The notes beneath the pieces were generated by a model. It was not told the origin of the DNA and did not search any database. It was given only the letters and a program-made list of their open reading frames with translations. The translations under genes were made by a program, and so were the position numbers. A stretch of 54,194 bases of DNA from Gammaproteobacteria bacterium (GTDB lineage Bacteria > Pseudomonadota > Gammaproteobacteria > GCA-001735895), in contig JBNKUM010000077.1 in assembly GCA_050298595.1 (NCBI GenBank), positions 1 through 54,194 on the forward strand, written 5' to 3'. Positions 40,827-50,348 of this stretch are shown here, piece by piece (the first letter of the stretch is position 1; each line of letters begins with the position of its first letter).

Positions 40827-43034
40827 TTATACGTTTTTTTGTAACAACTCTGTAATTTCTGAGTGAGGTGCTGGGCGACCCAACAAAAAGCCTTGCACCA
40901 TTTTGCAGCCCATTTGCCTGATATATTCAAGTTGCTGCTCGGTTTCGACACCTTCGACGATAACCTCCAGTTGGAGTTCTCGAGCCATAGCGACTATCGC
41001 TTTGATAACGCACACTTTGTCTAAATCATTAGATATGCAGGAGAGAAATGAACGGTCAATCTTCAGGATATTAATAGGGAGTTTTTGTAGATAGGACAGG
41101 GAGGAATAACCTACACCAAAGTCATCTATACAAATACCAATGCCACACTTAACCAGTTTTTTAAGTCTAGGCAGAACGTTTTCCATTTCCAGCATTAATG
41201 TAGTTTCGGTTATCTCCACCATCAGTGTATTTGGAGGTAGTCGGTATTGCCTGACCAGGTTGCAGACAACGACATCAAACTGACTTTCAGCGAGCTGAAA
41301 TGCTGACACATTGACCGATAGTTTTATAGGTTCGTATCCATTATCCAGCCATTCTCTAAGATACTTACATCCTGTTTTGAGCATGAATAATCCAATTTCA
41401 TTGATCAATCCAATCTCTTCTGCAACAGGAATAAAGTGATCCGGGTAGATGAGTCCTTTCTCTGGATGATTCCAGCGTATTAATGCTTCCAGGCCAAATA
41501 TTCGTGAATTGTCAATATTATATTGTGGTTGAAAATAAGCTTCGAACTGATTTTGATCCAGGGCCTTGCGAATATCCTGCTCGATAGTATGTCGTTGCTC
41601 ATAAATGCCTTTCATATGTTCAGAAAAGTATTCAAAACCATTTTTGCCTCGTCCCTTGATATGGTACATCGCCATATCGGCATTCTTGATCAATTGGTCG
41701 GTATTGGATGCATCATCGGGATAAATCGAAATACCAATACTGAAACTGATTGTTATTTCGTGGCTTTCGAGAGTGATAGGTTTATAGAAGCTACCAATCA
41801 GTTTCTTTGCCACCAGGCTAGCTTCTTCGCGGTTTTGTAATTCAGGAATCAGAATGCTGAACTCATCGCCGCCAATTCTGGATACAGTATCGCTATCACG
41901 CAGAATTTTCTTTAATCGGTTGGAAACCTGTTGCAATAAACTATCACCCACTGCATGACCTAAAGAATCATTGATGAACTTGAATCCATCCATATCGAGA
42001 AACATAACAGCTAGTTTGCTCTCGTTACGATCAGCATGTGACATAGAGAGCTTTAAGCGATCCAGAAAAAGTTCACGATTTGGTAGTTTGGTGAGCAGGT
42101 CATGGTAGGCCTGAAAATGAATTAATTCCTGAGCCTTTTTACGTTCACTGATATCTCGTGCAACACCATAGGTGCCTAGAAATGGAATATATTCATCTCC
42201 CTTCTGGTATATGCCCATAGCAGTTAATTCAATGACGATTGAGTTTGATTCGAATGATTTATGCGGAGTTTCTCTATTCTGGCATTTAAGTCTAAACTCT
42301 ATATTATGGCTGGCGCGATCGCCGGTGCGGCGTTCATTAAAGATATGTTTGGCCAGTTCTAGATCATCATCATAAACCAGAGCTGAGAAGTGTTTGCCAA
42401 TCAAATCTTCCGGCTTATAGCCCAGCAGATCATACACTCGATCATTTACAAAAGTAAAAAATCCCTTATGGTCAATCATGTAAATAATGTCGGGAGAGTT
42501 GCTTACGATAAAACGGTATCGCTTTTCAGATTCTTCCAGGGTATGGTTGATGTGTTTTAGATATCTTTTCAGGCCAATTTTATTGGCGACTCTATCGATA
42601 ATATCGAACAGCTGAGAGGGATTGTAAGGCTTGTTGAGAAAATCCAGAGCGCCTTCTCGAAATACTTTGGTGGCATTTTCAAAAGTGGCTTCTCCACTGA
42701 CAACGATGACTTCACACTGAATATCTTCATTTTGAATAGCCTCGAGAACCCCGTAGCCGTCTATATCTGGCATGGCCAGATCGAGCAATACGATATCGAT
42801 GGGTGTCGTGCGTAATACATTCAGACCAGACGCTCCACCATTGGCCATAATGCATTTATATCCATGTGCTTCCAGTATGGCTTTGGTGCTGTGTAAGAGG
42901 TTGGTATTGTCATCGATCAATAGAATCCTCAATTTCGATTTATCGATATTCTCTATCAGATCTGGTGAGTAGGTCATCAAGGAGATGAAGTCGTCTTTCT
43001 GCTTTATCTGGATGTTAGGCTTGGTGCCAGTCAT
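40827..43034 (-). CDS. REC-PAS-GGDEF-EAL c-di-GMP enzyme
   Basis: LLIDD, LDLAMP, KP; PAS; RDSD I-site plus GGDEF; EALIRW and DDFGVGYSSL. Confidence 0.92.
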   Translation of the reverse strand: MTGTKPNIQIKQKDDFISLMTYSPDLIENIDKSKLRILLIDDNTNLLHSTKAILEAHGYKCIMANGGASGLNVLRTTPIDIVLLDLAMPDIDGYGVLEAIQNEDIQCEVIVVSGEATFENATKVFREGALDFLNKPYNPSQLFDIIDRVANKIGLKRYLKHINHTLEESEKRYRFIVSNSPDIIYMIDHKGFFTFVNDRVYDLLGYKPEDLIGKHFSALVYDDDLELAKHIFNERRTGDRASHNIEFRLKCQNRETPHKSFESNSIVIELTAMGIYQKGDEYIPFLGTYGVARDISERKKAQELIHFQAYHDLLTKLPNRELFLDRLKLSMSHADRNESKLAVMFLDMDGFKFINDSLGHAVGDSLLQQVSNRLKKILRDSDTVSRIGGDEFSILIPELQNREEASLVAKKLIGSFYKPITLESHEITISFSIGISIYPDDASNTDQLIKNADMAMYHIKGRGKNGFEYFSEHMKGIYEQRHTIEQDIRKALDQNQFEAYFQPQYNIDNSRIFGLEALIRWNHPEKGLIYPDHFIPVAEEIGLINEIGLFMLKTGCKYLREWLDNGYEPIKLSVNVSAFQLAESQFDVVVCNLVRQYRLPPNTLMVEITETTLMLEMENVLPRLKKLVKCGIGICIDDFGVGYSSLSYLQKLPINILKIDRSFLSCISNDLDKVCVIKAIVAMARELQLEVIVEGVETEQQLEYIRQMGCKMVQGFLLGRPAPHSEITELLQKNV

Positions 43035-43048
43035 AAGTTATACCTCTA

Positions 43049-45148
43049 CTAACGTGGTAACAATATGATAAATGCTGCGCCACCACGATCCGATGTTGTA
43101 TAACTGATGTGTCCATTGAGTTCAGAAATCAGTTTGTGAACAATAGTCAGACCAAGGCCAGAATGCTCAGGTCCCTTGGTTGTTTGTACAGGTGAAAATA
43201 AATGCTCTATAACCGATGAGGGAAGGTCTGCACCATCATCGGCAATGCTAATCTCAATATATTGGGTTTTATTCACCACTACCAGTGATTTGGTTTTTAT
43301 AGTAATGGTACCTTTTTCTGGTAACGCCTCAGCAGCATTCTTGACCAGATTGGTGATAATTTGTTTGAATTTATTCGCATCAGTCTGGATTGTTGGAAGA
43401 TCAGGATCAAGTTTTAATTCACTATTAATCCGATTGATTTTGTAAAGCGTAGGTTTAAAAACTTCCAGCATGTTATTAATCAGGTTGTTGATATTTACCT
43501 GTGACTGATCATCAACAGCTTGATCATCTTTTAATTGCATCAAAATTTTACTAACCCGATTCACTTCAGACCTTATAGTCTCCAGATGTTTTTTATTGTC
43601 CGACTCAGTATCCATGCCCATAGAAAGTAACTCAAGATAGTTATTAATAATGCTGAGAGGATTATTGACTTCATGAATGACTTTTGCGGTATGAATTTTT
43701 CTTTCAGTTTGCTTATCAACCAGTTGTTGCTGATATTTATTATTGATCTGATTCTGTCGCAGGAATGAATCTGAAACAATGGTGGCAAAGTGCAATAATA
43801 ACTCATTATCTGCATGAAATTTCTGAGTCATTTCAGAGTTGCAGCCTATCGCAATGACAGCAATCAGCTTGTTATTATGCAATAACGGTAGGCAAATCAA
43901 CTCGTCACAAACCAGTGTTGACATGATTTGAACGTCGATAATCGAAAGTTGGTTAAAGTCGGTTTGATAACCAGTAATTTTCAATTGCTGCTGTAACGCT
44001 GCCTCAGTAATCAGGCTTCGGTCTGGTTTTAACTTGATGCTATAAGAGCCACTGGCCGGGATATTTTTACTATGACTGGCAAATCCATTTAATATCGTTT
44101 GATCTTTATTCGGGAAAAAAAACATCGTCGATGAAAAACCAAATAGCAGCAACATTTGATCGCTGATCAATTGAATCATTTCTGATAAATCATCTACATT
44201 GTCGAAGGTTTTCTGTACACCTTCAAGAAGCGCAATCTGGCGTATTTTTTTAGCCAGCTGAATCCGTATAGATTCCTGGTCAACATTAGCTCGGGGAATG
44301 CTGTTGTCTTCATCCACCTCAATTCCAAATCCCCGGGCATCAGAAACCGCAAGTTGAGTCGCTTCCATCACCAGATTCTCGATAATGGACTGGTTAAGAC
44401 CGAAGAACTGATCCTCAGCCAGGTATTTTCTATTATTATGATTAAGCCGATTACACAATTGAGAGGACAAACTGGTTAAGCGAAGTAGCGGGTGGGTATC
44501 CAGTAGTAATTCTGCTGGTTTGTGTTGATACCTGAGGGCATCGCTTAAGGTTGAATCAATCCCCCATTGAGCAACAATATCAGCAGCCAGCTCAGCACTG
44601 TTTTTTCCGTAATACTGCTGTTCCTTGAGCATCAATGCATTCTGATCAGATACAGAGTCCATCATTTGCTGATATTTAGTGGGGTCATTGGTGTATAGAA
44701 TCAATTGGCCCATCTGGTGGAGTAAACCAGCCAGGTGTGCTTCATCAGGAAAGGGGTAGCTGGTTAAGTTAGCCAGTTTTCTGGCCAGATGGGCGCAGAT
44801 CAAAGCATCCAGCCAGAAGCTGCCAAGGGCTTCTCCCATCTCTTTACTGAATTGTGAAAAGAATTGATGAACTGCCGAAGTAATAGCGATGGATCTGATG
44901 GTTTTGTTGCCGAGAACTACAAGAACGCGCTTTAATTCACGCGTTTCATTCCACTGACTGTAGGCCGCCGAATTTGATATAGTAATAATCTTGGCACACA
45001 GAGCAGTATCTTTTTCGATTATTGCTTCCAACTCCTCAAAACTGACATCGGTTCTATGACATAAATCGATTAATTTGATCAGTACATGGGGTGCTGAAGG
45101 CAGTCGTGTGTAATCAAGATCAGTAATTGTTTTTACTGAATTTGTCAT
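43049..45148 (-). CDS. Cytoplasmic HDOD-(GAF)-histidine kinase
   Basis: HDOD LPSAP...AGLLHQMGQL...YQH; H-box HEVNNPL; NLVKNAAEA; HSGLGL; no TM segment. Confidence 0.85.
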   Translation of the reverse strand: MTNSVKTITDLDYTRLPSAPHVLIKLIDLCHRTDVSFEELEAIIEKDTALCAKIITISNSAAYSQWNETRELKRVLVVLGNKTIRSIAITSAVHQFFSQFSKEMGEALGSFWLDALICAHLARKLANLTSYPFPDEAHLAGLLHQMGQLILYTNDPTKYQQMMDSVSDQNALMLKEQQYYGKNSAELAADIVAQWGIDSTLSDALRYQHKPAELLLDTHPLLRLTSLSSQLCNRLNHNNRKYLAEDQFFGLNQSIIENLVMEATQLAVSDARGFGIEVDEDNSIPRANVDQESIRIQLAKKIRQIALLEGVQKTFDNVDDLSEMIQLISDQMLLLFGFSSTMFFFPNKDQTILNGFASHSKNIPASGSYSIKLKPDRSLITEAALQQQLKITGYQTDFNQLSIIDVQIMSTLVCDELICLPLLHNNKLIAVIAIGCNSEMTQKFHADNELLLHFATIVSDSFLRQNQINNKYQQQLVDKQTERKIHTAKVIHEVNNPLSIINNYLELLSMGMDTESDNKKHLETIRSEVNRVSKILMQLKDDQAVDDQSQVNINNLINNMLEVFKPTLYKINRINSELKLDPDLPTIQTDANKFKQIITNLVKNAAEALPEKGTITIKTKSLVVVNKTQYIEISIADDGADLPSSVIEHLFSPVQTTKGPEHSGLGLTIVHKLISELNGHISYTTSDRGGAAFIILLPR

Positions 45149-45268
45149 AATGGTTGATATATTGCATTAAGTATATTAAGTAAGTCAATGATTAAATTGA
45201 GAATCTAATAGTTTGGACTTATTGTTTTATTTTTTTTCAAACTCCATAGTAAACCATGGAATAGTGCA

Positions 45269-46381
45269 GTGACATTATCATTGCCGTCCCATATTAATAA
45301 GGCAGAGCTTAGTGCTGCTCGTCTGGTTGCTGTAACCAATCGATATTCAAAAAATGCGGACTCTTCTTTATCGATAAATCTGGCAGTTTGCCTGCGTAAA
45401 CTGGGTAACTCGGTTTGTGTGTTTGAAACAGCATACCGCTCACAAAATCAGGGGTATCTTACGCATCAGGATACTAAGTCATCAACCCGGGATCTAATTG
45501 CAGGCAATATTTTGATTGAAGACCTCATAGTAAAGGGGCCTGAGGGTATAGATGTGATACCGCAAAGCAACGGAATTGCTGGATATGCATCGCTGGATAC
45601 CAGTCAGAAGCAAAACCTGTTACTGGCGTTTACTCAGCTCCAGCATGAATATGATTTTGTATTGATAGATACGGCTGCTGGTATTGAGCTGTCTACCGTT
45701 GGTTTCTTGCTTGGTGCTGGGGCCATCGTAATTACCATTACACCTGATGCAAAAACACTAACAAATGCTTTCAACCTGCTTAAGGAGATCAAACAGCGTA
45801 TATTACAGGAACCCGTAAAGGTTATTGTTAATCTGGTTTCTGGTGAAAATGAGGCTAAAAGAATTATTGCGCGATTGACTGTTGCCGTTAGAAATTACCT
45901 GGGTAGTCAGTGTGGTGGCATGAGTTTTTTTATATTCGATATGCCTATGCTTGAAATCATGTCGACGCAACCACTGGTGAGTATTGAGTATCCCAATAGT
46001 GCGCCCAGTCAATGCCTCAAGAATATCGTATTACGTTTGACTGAAGCCGGTCATCCAGAAAGCCTGATGCTTTCTAACCAGCTCGCCGACCTGCAAACTC
46101 CCTATAAAGTTGATTATGATCTGACGCCAGAATCGAGTCTCAATTTTGAAAATGACTGGGTTTCATATGCATTAAAGTCATTGATGTCAGAACCTGCAGA
46201 GGTGATAGATCCCATTATGAAACGATTAAATGAGGTATGGTCGGAGCGAAGACTATTACAGTCAAGGAACGCTGAGGAAGATAAAATGATTGCAGTAGAT
46301 CTTGACCTGAAAGCGGCGATTCATTTCGCAAGCAAAGTGGAAGACGAAATAGAGCCAAAAAGGAGTAATAAAAATAGTTAA
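45269..46381 (+). CDS. FlhG/MinD-like protein with a degenerate P-loop and a C-terminal extension
   Basis: GPEGIDVIP, YDFVLIDTAAGI, ITPDAKTLTNAF, IVNLV; Walker A replaced by TNRYSKNADS. Confidence 0.78.
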   Translation: MTLSLPSHINKAELSAARLVAVTNRYSKNADSSLSINLAVCLRKLGNSVCVFETAYRSQNQGYLTHQDTKSSTRDLIAGNILIEDLIVKGPEGIDVIPQSNGIAGYASLDTSQKQNLLLAFTQLQHEYDFVLIDTAAGIELSTVGFLLGAGAIVITITPDAKTLTNAFNLLKEIKQRILQEPVKVIVNLVSGENEAKRIIARLTVAVRNYLGSQCGGMSFFIFDMPMLEIMSTQPLVSIEYPNSAPSQCLKNIVLRLTEAGHPESLMLSNQLADLQTPYKVDYDLTPESSLNFENDWVSYALKSLMSEPAEVIDPIMKRLNEVWSERRLLQSRNAEEDKMIAVDLDLKAAIHFASKVEDEIEPKRSNKNS

Positions 46382-46525
46382 ACAGTTAACAAAAATCCAG
46401 CTTTTCAGCTTCTGAATACACCGTTTCAGCAGATTTAATAACCATTGATCTGTTTTGGTTAATATAGATTTGATATCGTGGTATTTTAATAAAAATCCGC
46501 ATGGAATTTTGACAGGGCTGAAGTT

Positions 46526-48013
46526 TTGCTGAAAGATTTTTTTACCAAGATTCAACTCCAGAAACAGGCTTCGTACCACATTGCTTATCTGGTTTTACTC
46601 ATCACCTTAAACCCTATTTCTTTGCTTGCTCAGCCTGAAGTAAGTATCCCAGTACCTGTAGTGAAGGATCAGATTGTTTTAGTCCCCTCTGACTTTCCCC
46701 CGTATTCTTATTTAGACAAACAAAACAAGACGCAAGGCTTTGCTATCGATGTTTTTTCAGTTATTGCTGAACGCGCAGGAATTAGTTTTCAGTTTAAAGA
46801 TGAGAAGGGTAGAGCAATGATAGCGCAGGCTCTTAGCCAGGGTGAAGGAGATATTGTGCTGGATATTGGAAATCATAAAGATGTCATCCAGTGGCTGGAT
46901 TTTACCTCCAGTATAGTAAAAATACCGATGTCAATTTTCGTGCGCGATGATGCATCAAACCTAAACTCAATCAATGATATAGAAAAACAGAAAGTGGCTG
47001 TGGTAGGAGGGAGAAATCTTACCAGACAATATATACCAAGCGATTTGCTGGCTGATCTCAATATTGAAGAATTTGATGCACCTGAAGTGGCATTTTACGC
47101 GTTGATTACCGGTAAGGTCGATGCATTGATTTATTTTGATCCCGTAGTATGGAATATTGCGATAAATCTTCAACTTGCAGATAAAATTAGATTACTGACC
47201 CCAGCTATAACCGAACTCAGCTTCAGTATTGGCGTACGTAAGCAACACCAGCATCTGATACAAAAGCTTGAATTAGCAAAGCAGTCACTAATGGGCAGTG
47301 AACGATACAAGGCGATTTTTGATAAATGGTTTAAGCATGATTTGCCATTCTGGAATATGAATTCTGTTTTCTGGACCATGTCAGTAATAATCGTGTTTAT
47401 CCTGTTAGCTTTCCAGTGGTTTCGTAGCCAAGAACTGGAAGCCGTGAATGAATCACTACAGCAGCAAATTGACGATGCGACCATACAGTTGAGTGAGAAT
47501 AATGCTTATCTTATGGATTTAACGGTTACTGATACTCTTACCGGAATCAATAATCGGCGCGCATTTGAAAATAGCCTGACTGAACTAATCCAGCGCTCTA
47601 AGCGTTATAACGAAGAGTTTTCCATGCTGATTTTCGATATCGATGATTTCAAAAAATTAAATGATCAATATGGTCATGATATGGGCGACCGGGTACTGGT
47701 AGAGCTGGTAGATCGTGTGACCGAGGTGGTTCGGGATGTTGATACCTTATGTCGTTGGGGCGGTGAAGAATTCACCATTCTCATGCCGCAAACCAATCGG
47801 CAGGGCGCCCTAAAAATGGCAGAGCGCTGTCGTGGCGCCGTTGCCGATGAAGTATTTGATGATCTAGGATCGGTCACTATCAGCCTGGGGGGAACCAGTT
47901 ATTTACCAAATGATAATGAACGTAAATTATTTAAGCGTGCGGACGATGCGCTATACGAAGCTAAATCACAGGGTAAGAACTGCGTGGTCTGGAATGATGA
48001 AAGTTCCGCATAA
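46526..48013 (+). CDS. Diguanylate cyclase with a periplasmic substrate-binding (PBPb) sensor
   Basis: DFPPYSY...GFAID PBPb domain; TM; DTLTGINNRR, DIDDFK, RDVD I-site, WGGEEF. Confidence 0.9.
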   Translation: MLKDFFTKIQLQKQASYHIAYLVLLITLNPISLLAQPEVSIPVPVVKDQIVLVPSDFPPYSYLDKQNKTQGFAIDVFSVIAERAGISFQFKDEKGRAMIAQALSQGEGDIVLDIGNHKDVIQWLDFTSSIVKIPMSIFVRDDASNLNSINDIEKQKVAVVGGRNLTRQYIPSDLLADLNIEEFDAPEVAFYALITGKVDALIYFDPVVWNIAINLQLADKIRLLTPAITELSFSIGVRKQHQHLIQKLELAKQSLMGSERYKAIFDKWFKHDLPFWNMNSVFWTMSVIIVFILLAFQWFRSQELEAVNESLQQQIDDATIQLSENNAYLMDLTVTDTLTGINNRRAFENSLTELIQRSKRYNEEFSMLIFDIDDFKKLNDQYGHDMGDRVLVELVDRVTEVVRDVDTLCRWGGEEFTILMPQTNRQGALKMAERCRGAVADEVFDDLGSVTISLGGTSYLPNDNERKLFKRADDALYEAKSQGKNCVVWNDESSA

Positions 48014-48079
48014 ATTTAATTAACCCCTTTTAGCAAGCTGCTGCGTTTTCAGAATATGTACAATAAACTGGAAACGCAA

Positions 48080-49798
48080 ATGAAATCAAAATACCTGGCA
48101 GTTCTAATCTTTATACCCTTTTTTCTAATGGCCTGTACTCAGGAAAAGACTATCCAGTCTCAGGTTTCTCCACCTTCTGATCAGAATATACAACTACCCG
48201 CTCCTGAAGATAACAAGCTCAGTAAAGTTCCTCTACTCGAGCAACAGCCTCCTGTTCTTGATTTGTATACATCAGTAGACAGCGAAAAGAAAACTGAAAT
48301 GAGGCGCAGTTACCAGCGAGCTAACACCCAGGCCAAATTTGCTGAAGAATTGAGTTTAGCTGGCTTACAGGCTTATGCAATCACCAATCGAGATCAGTTT
48401 GCCGATTTGCACGAGAATGGTGTCACACTCGTTAGCGAGCAGCCACAGTCTACATTTAGTATCGATGTAGATACGGGATCATACTCGCTGGTGAGAAAAT
48501 ACCTCGCTCAGGGGCAGTTACCTCCGGCCAATGCCGTGCGTAGTGAAGAGCTTATCAATTACTTTAAATACCATTTTGACAGACCACAGCAAGCCGAACA
48601 TCCTTTTGCCATTAGTACTGAAATAACTCGTACCCCGTGGAATGCAAATACACATTTACTCCAAATCGGTGTTCAGGGATATCAACAGCAAGCCAGGACC
48701 AGACCTGCTGCAAACCTGGTTTTTCTAATCGATGTTTCAGGTTCAATGCAAGACGCTGATAAATTACCCTTGTTGAAAAATGCATTTCGTTTACTGGTTA
48801 AACAGTTAAGTGGAGATGATCGCATTACTTTAGTGGTGTATGCCGGTGCTTCCGGGTTAGTGCTAGAGCCTACCCCCGGTGATCATCAGGCAGATATCCT
48901 GAATGCACTTGAGCAGCTTTCTGCAGGTGGCTCTACCCATGGCTCTGCAGGCATTAAGCTGGCCTATGCAATGGCACAGCAGAGCTTTATCAAACAGGGT
49001 ATTAATCGTGTCATACTGGCCACTGATGGCGATTTTAATGTGGGCACAGTAAACCATGAAGCGCTATTAAATCTTGTGGAAAGAAATAAACGAAACGGCA
49101 TTGCCCTGACCACATTAGGTTTTGGTAGTGGTAACTATAACGATCACCTGATGGAGCAACTGGCTGATCATGGCGATGGTAACTATGCCTATATTGATAA
49201 TCTAAACGAAGCGCGCAAGGTGCTGGTAGAGCAGATGGATGCTACGCTGGAAACGATTGCACGTGATGTCAAGATTCAGATTGAGTGGAACCCCGATGTA
49301 GTGTATGAATATCGACTGATAGGTTACGAAAATCGTTTACTTAAACGCGAGGATTTTAATAATGATAAAGTGGACGCAGGAGATATAGGTGCCGGACACA
49401 CGGTTACAGCACTGTATGAAATCACTCTTAATCAGAGTTCGGATAAACGTATACTGCCCTTGCGTTATAGGACTCAATCCAGAACGAAGGAAAATTTGAA
49501 CGAACTGGCCATGATCAATATTCGTTATAAAAAACCGGATCAGGATAGCTCACAGTTAATCAGCCAGATCCTTAAGCGTGATCAGGTACAGAACGACCTG
49601 ACCTCTGCATCTGATGATCTGCGTTTTGCTGCGGCAGTAGCAGCCTATGCCGAGCAATTGCGAGGTGGTGATCATTTGCATGAATTTGGTTATGAGGATA
49701 TTTTGAAACTCGCACGTTCATCACGTGGTCAGGACGAAGGAGGCTATCGTTCAGCTTTTCTATCTTTAGTTGCTTTGGCACAGTCACTGGATTCCTGA
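48080..49798 (+). CDS. YfbK-like VWA-domain lipoprotein
   Basis: Lipobox LMAC; STFSIDVDTGSY; MIDAS DVSGS; ATDGDFNVG; DUF3520-like tail. Confidence 0.9.
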   Translation: MKSKYLAVLIFIPFFLMACTQEKTIQSQVSPPSDQNIQLPAPEDNKLSKVPLLEQQPPVLDLYTSVDSEKKTEMRRSYQRANTQAKFAEELSLAGLQAYAITNRDQFADLHENGVTLVSEQPQSTFSIDVDTGSYSLVRKYLAQGQLPPANAVRSEELINYFKYHFDRPQQAEHPFAISTEITRTPWNANTHLLQIGVQGYQQQARTRPAANLVFLIDVSGSMQDADKLPLLKNAFRLLVKQLSGDDRITLVVYAGASGLVLEPTPGDHQADILNALEQLSAGGSTHGSAGIKLAYAMAQQSFIKQGINRVILATDGDFNVGTVNHEALLNLVERNKRNGIALTTLGFGSGNYNDHLMEQLADHGDGNYAYIDNLNEARKVLVEQMDATLETIARDVKIQIEWNPDVVYEYRLIGYENRLLKREDFNNDKVDAGDIGAGHTVTALYEITLNQSSDKRILPLRYRTQSRTKENLNELAMINIRYKKPDQDSSQLISQILKRDQVQNDLTSASDDLRFAAAVAAYAEQLRGGDHLHEFGYEDILKLARSSRGQDEGGYRSAFLSLVALAQSLDS

Positions 49799-49799
49799 T

Positions 49800-50348
49800 A
49801 TGAGCCAGGCGGATGATTCGGATGAAGCTTTGTATGCAGCTTACCGGCGTGGTGACATGACTGCATTTGATATTCTGTATAGTCGCTACCAGCAGACCCT
49901 GTATCTTTTTCTGTTGCGTAGAGGCCTGACCGAATCACAGGCACAGGATGCCTTCCATGATTGCTGGATGAAGCTTATTGGCGAGCAGCAGCATTTTGAT
50001 GGCATGCAATTCAGAGCCTGGATATTCCGCGTGGCACGTAATTTGAGTATCGATTATTTTCGACGCTCGGCTGTTCGAAATTCAGTATCAGACGATGAAG
50101 TGCTGGATAAACAGAGTCATTCATTATCCAGTGAAACGATAGTGCAGGACAGGGATTGCCTGCACTTATTAAGGCACAGTATTGGGCTATTACCCTTTGA
50201 GCAGCGTGATGCATTTTTGCTGCAGCAGGAGGCGGGACTAAGTCTGCAGCAAATTGCAGAAGTGATGTCAGTTGGCCGGGAAACCATAAAAAGTCGATTA
50301 CGCTATGCTATGCAGCAGTTGAAAAAGATGTTGGAGGATTGTCTATGA
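49800..50348 (+). CDS. ECF RNA polymerase sigma factor
   Basis: AFDILYSRY, FRAWIFRVARN, region 4 LSLQQIAE...TIKSRLRYA. Confidence 0.92.
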   Translation: MSQADDSDEALYAAYRRGDMTAFDILYSRYQQTLYLFLLRRGLTESQAQDAFHDCWMKLIGEQQHFDGMQFRAWIFRVARNLSIDYFRRSAVRNSVSDDEVLDKQSHSLSSETIVQDRDCLHLLRHSIGLLPFEQRDAFLLQQEAGLSLQQIAEVMSVGRETIKSRLRYAMQQLKKMLEDCL

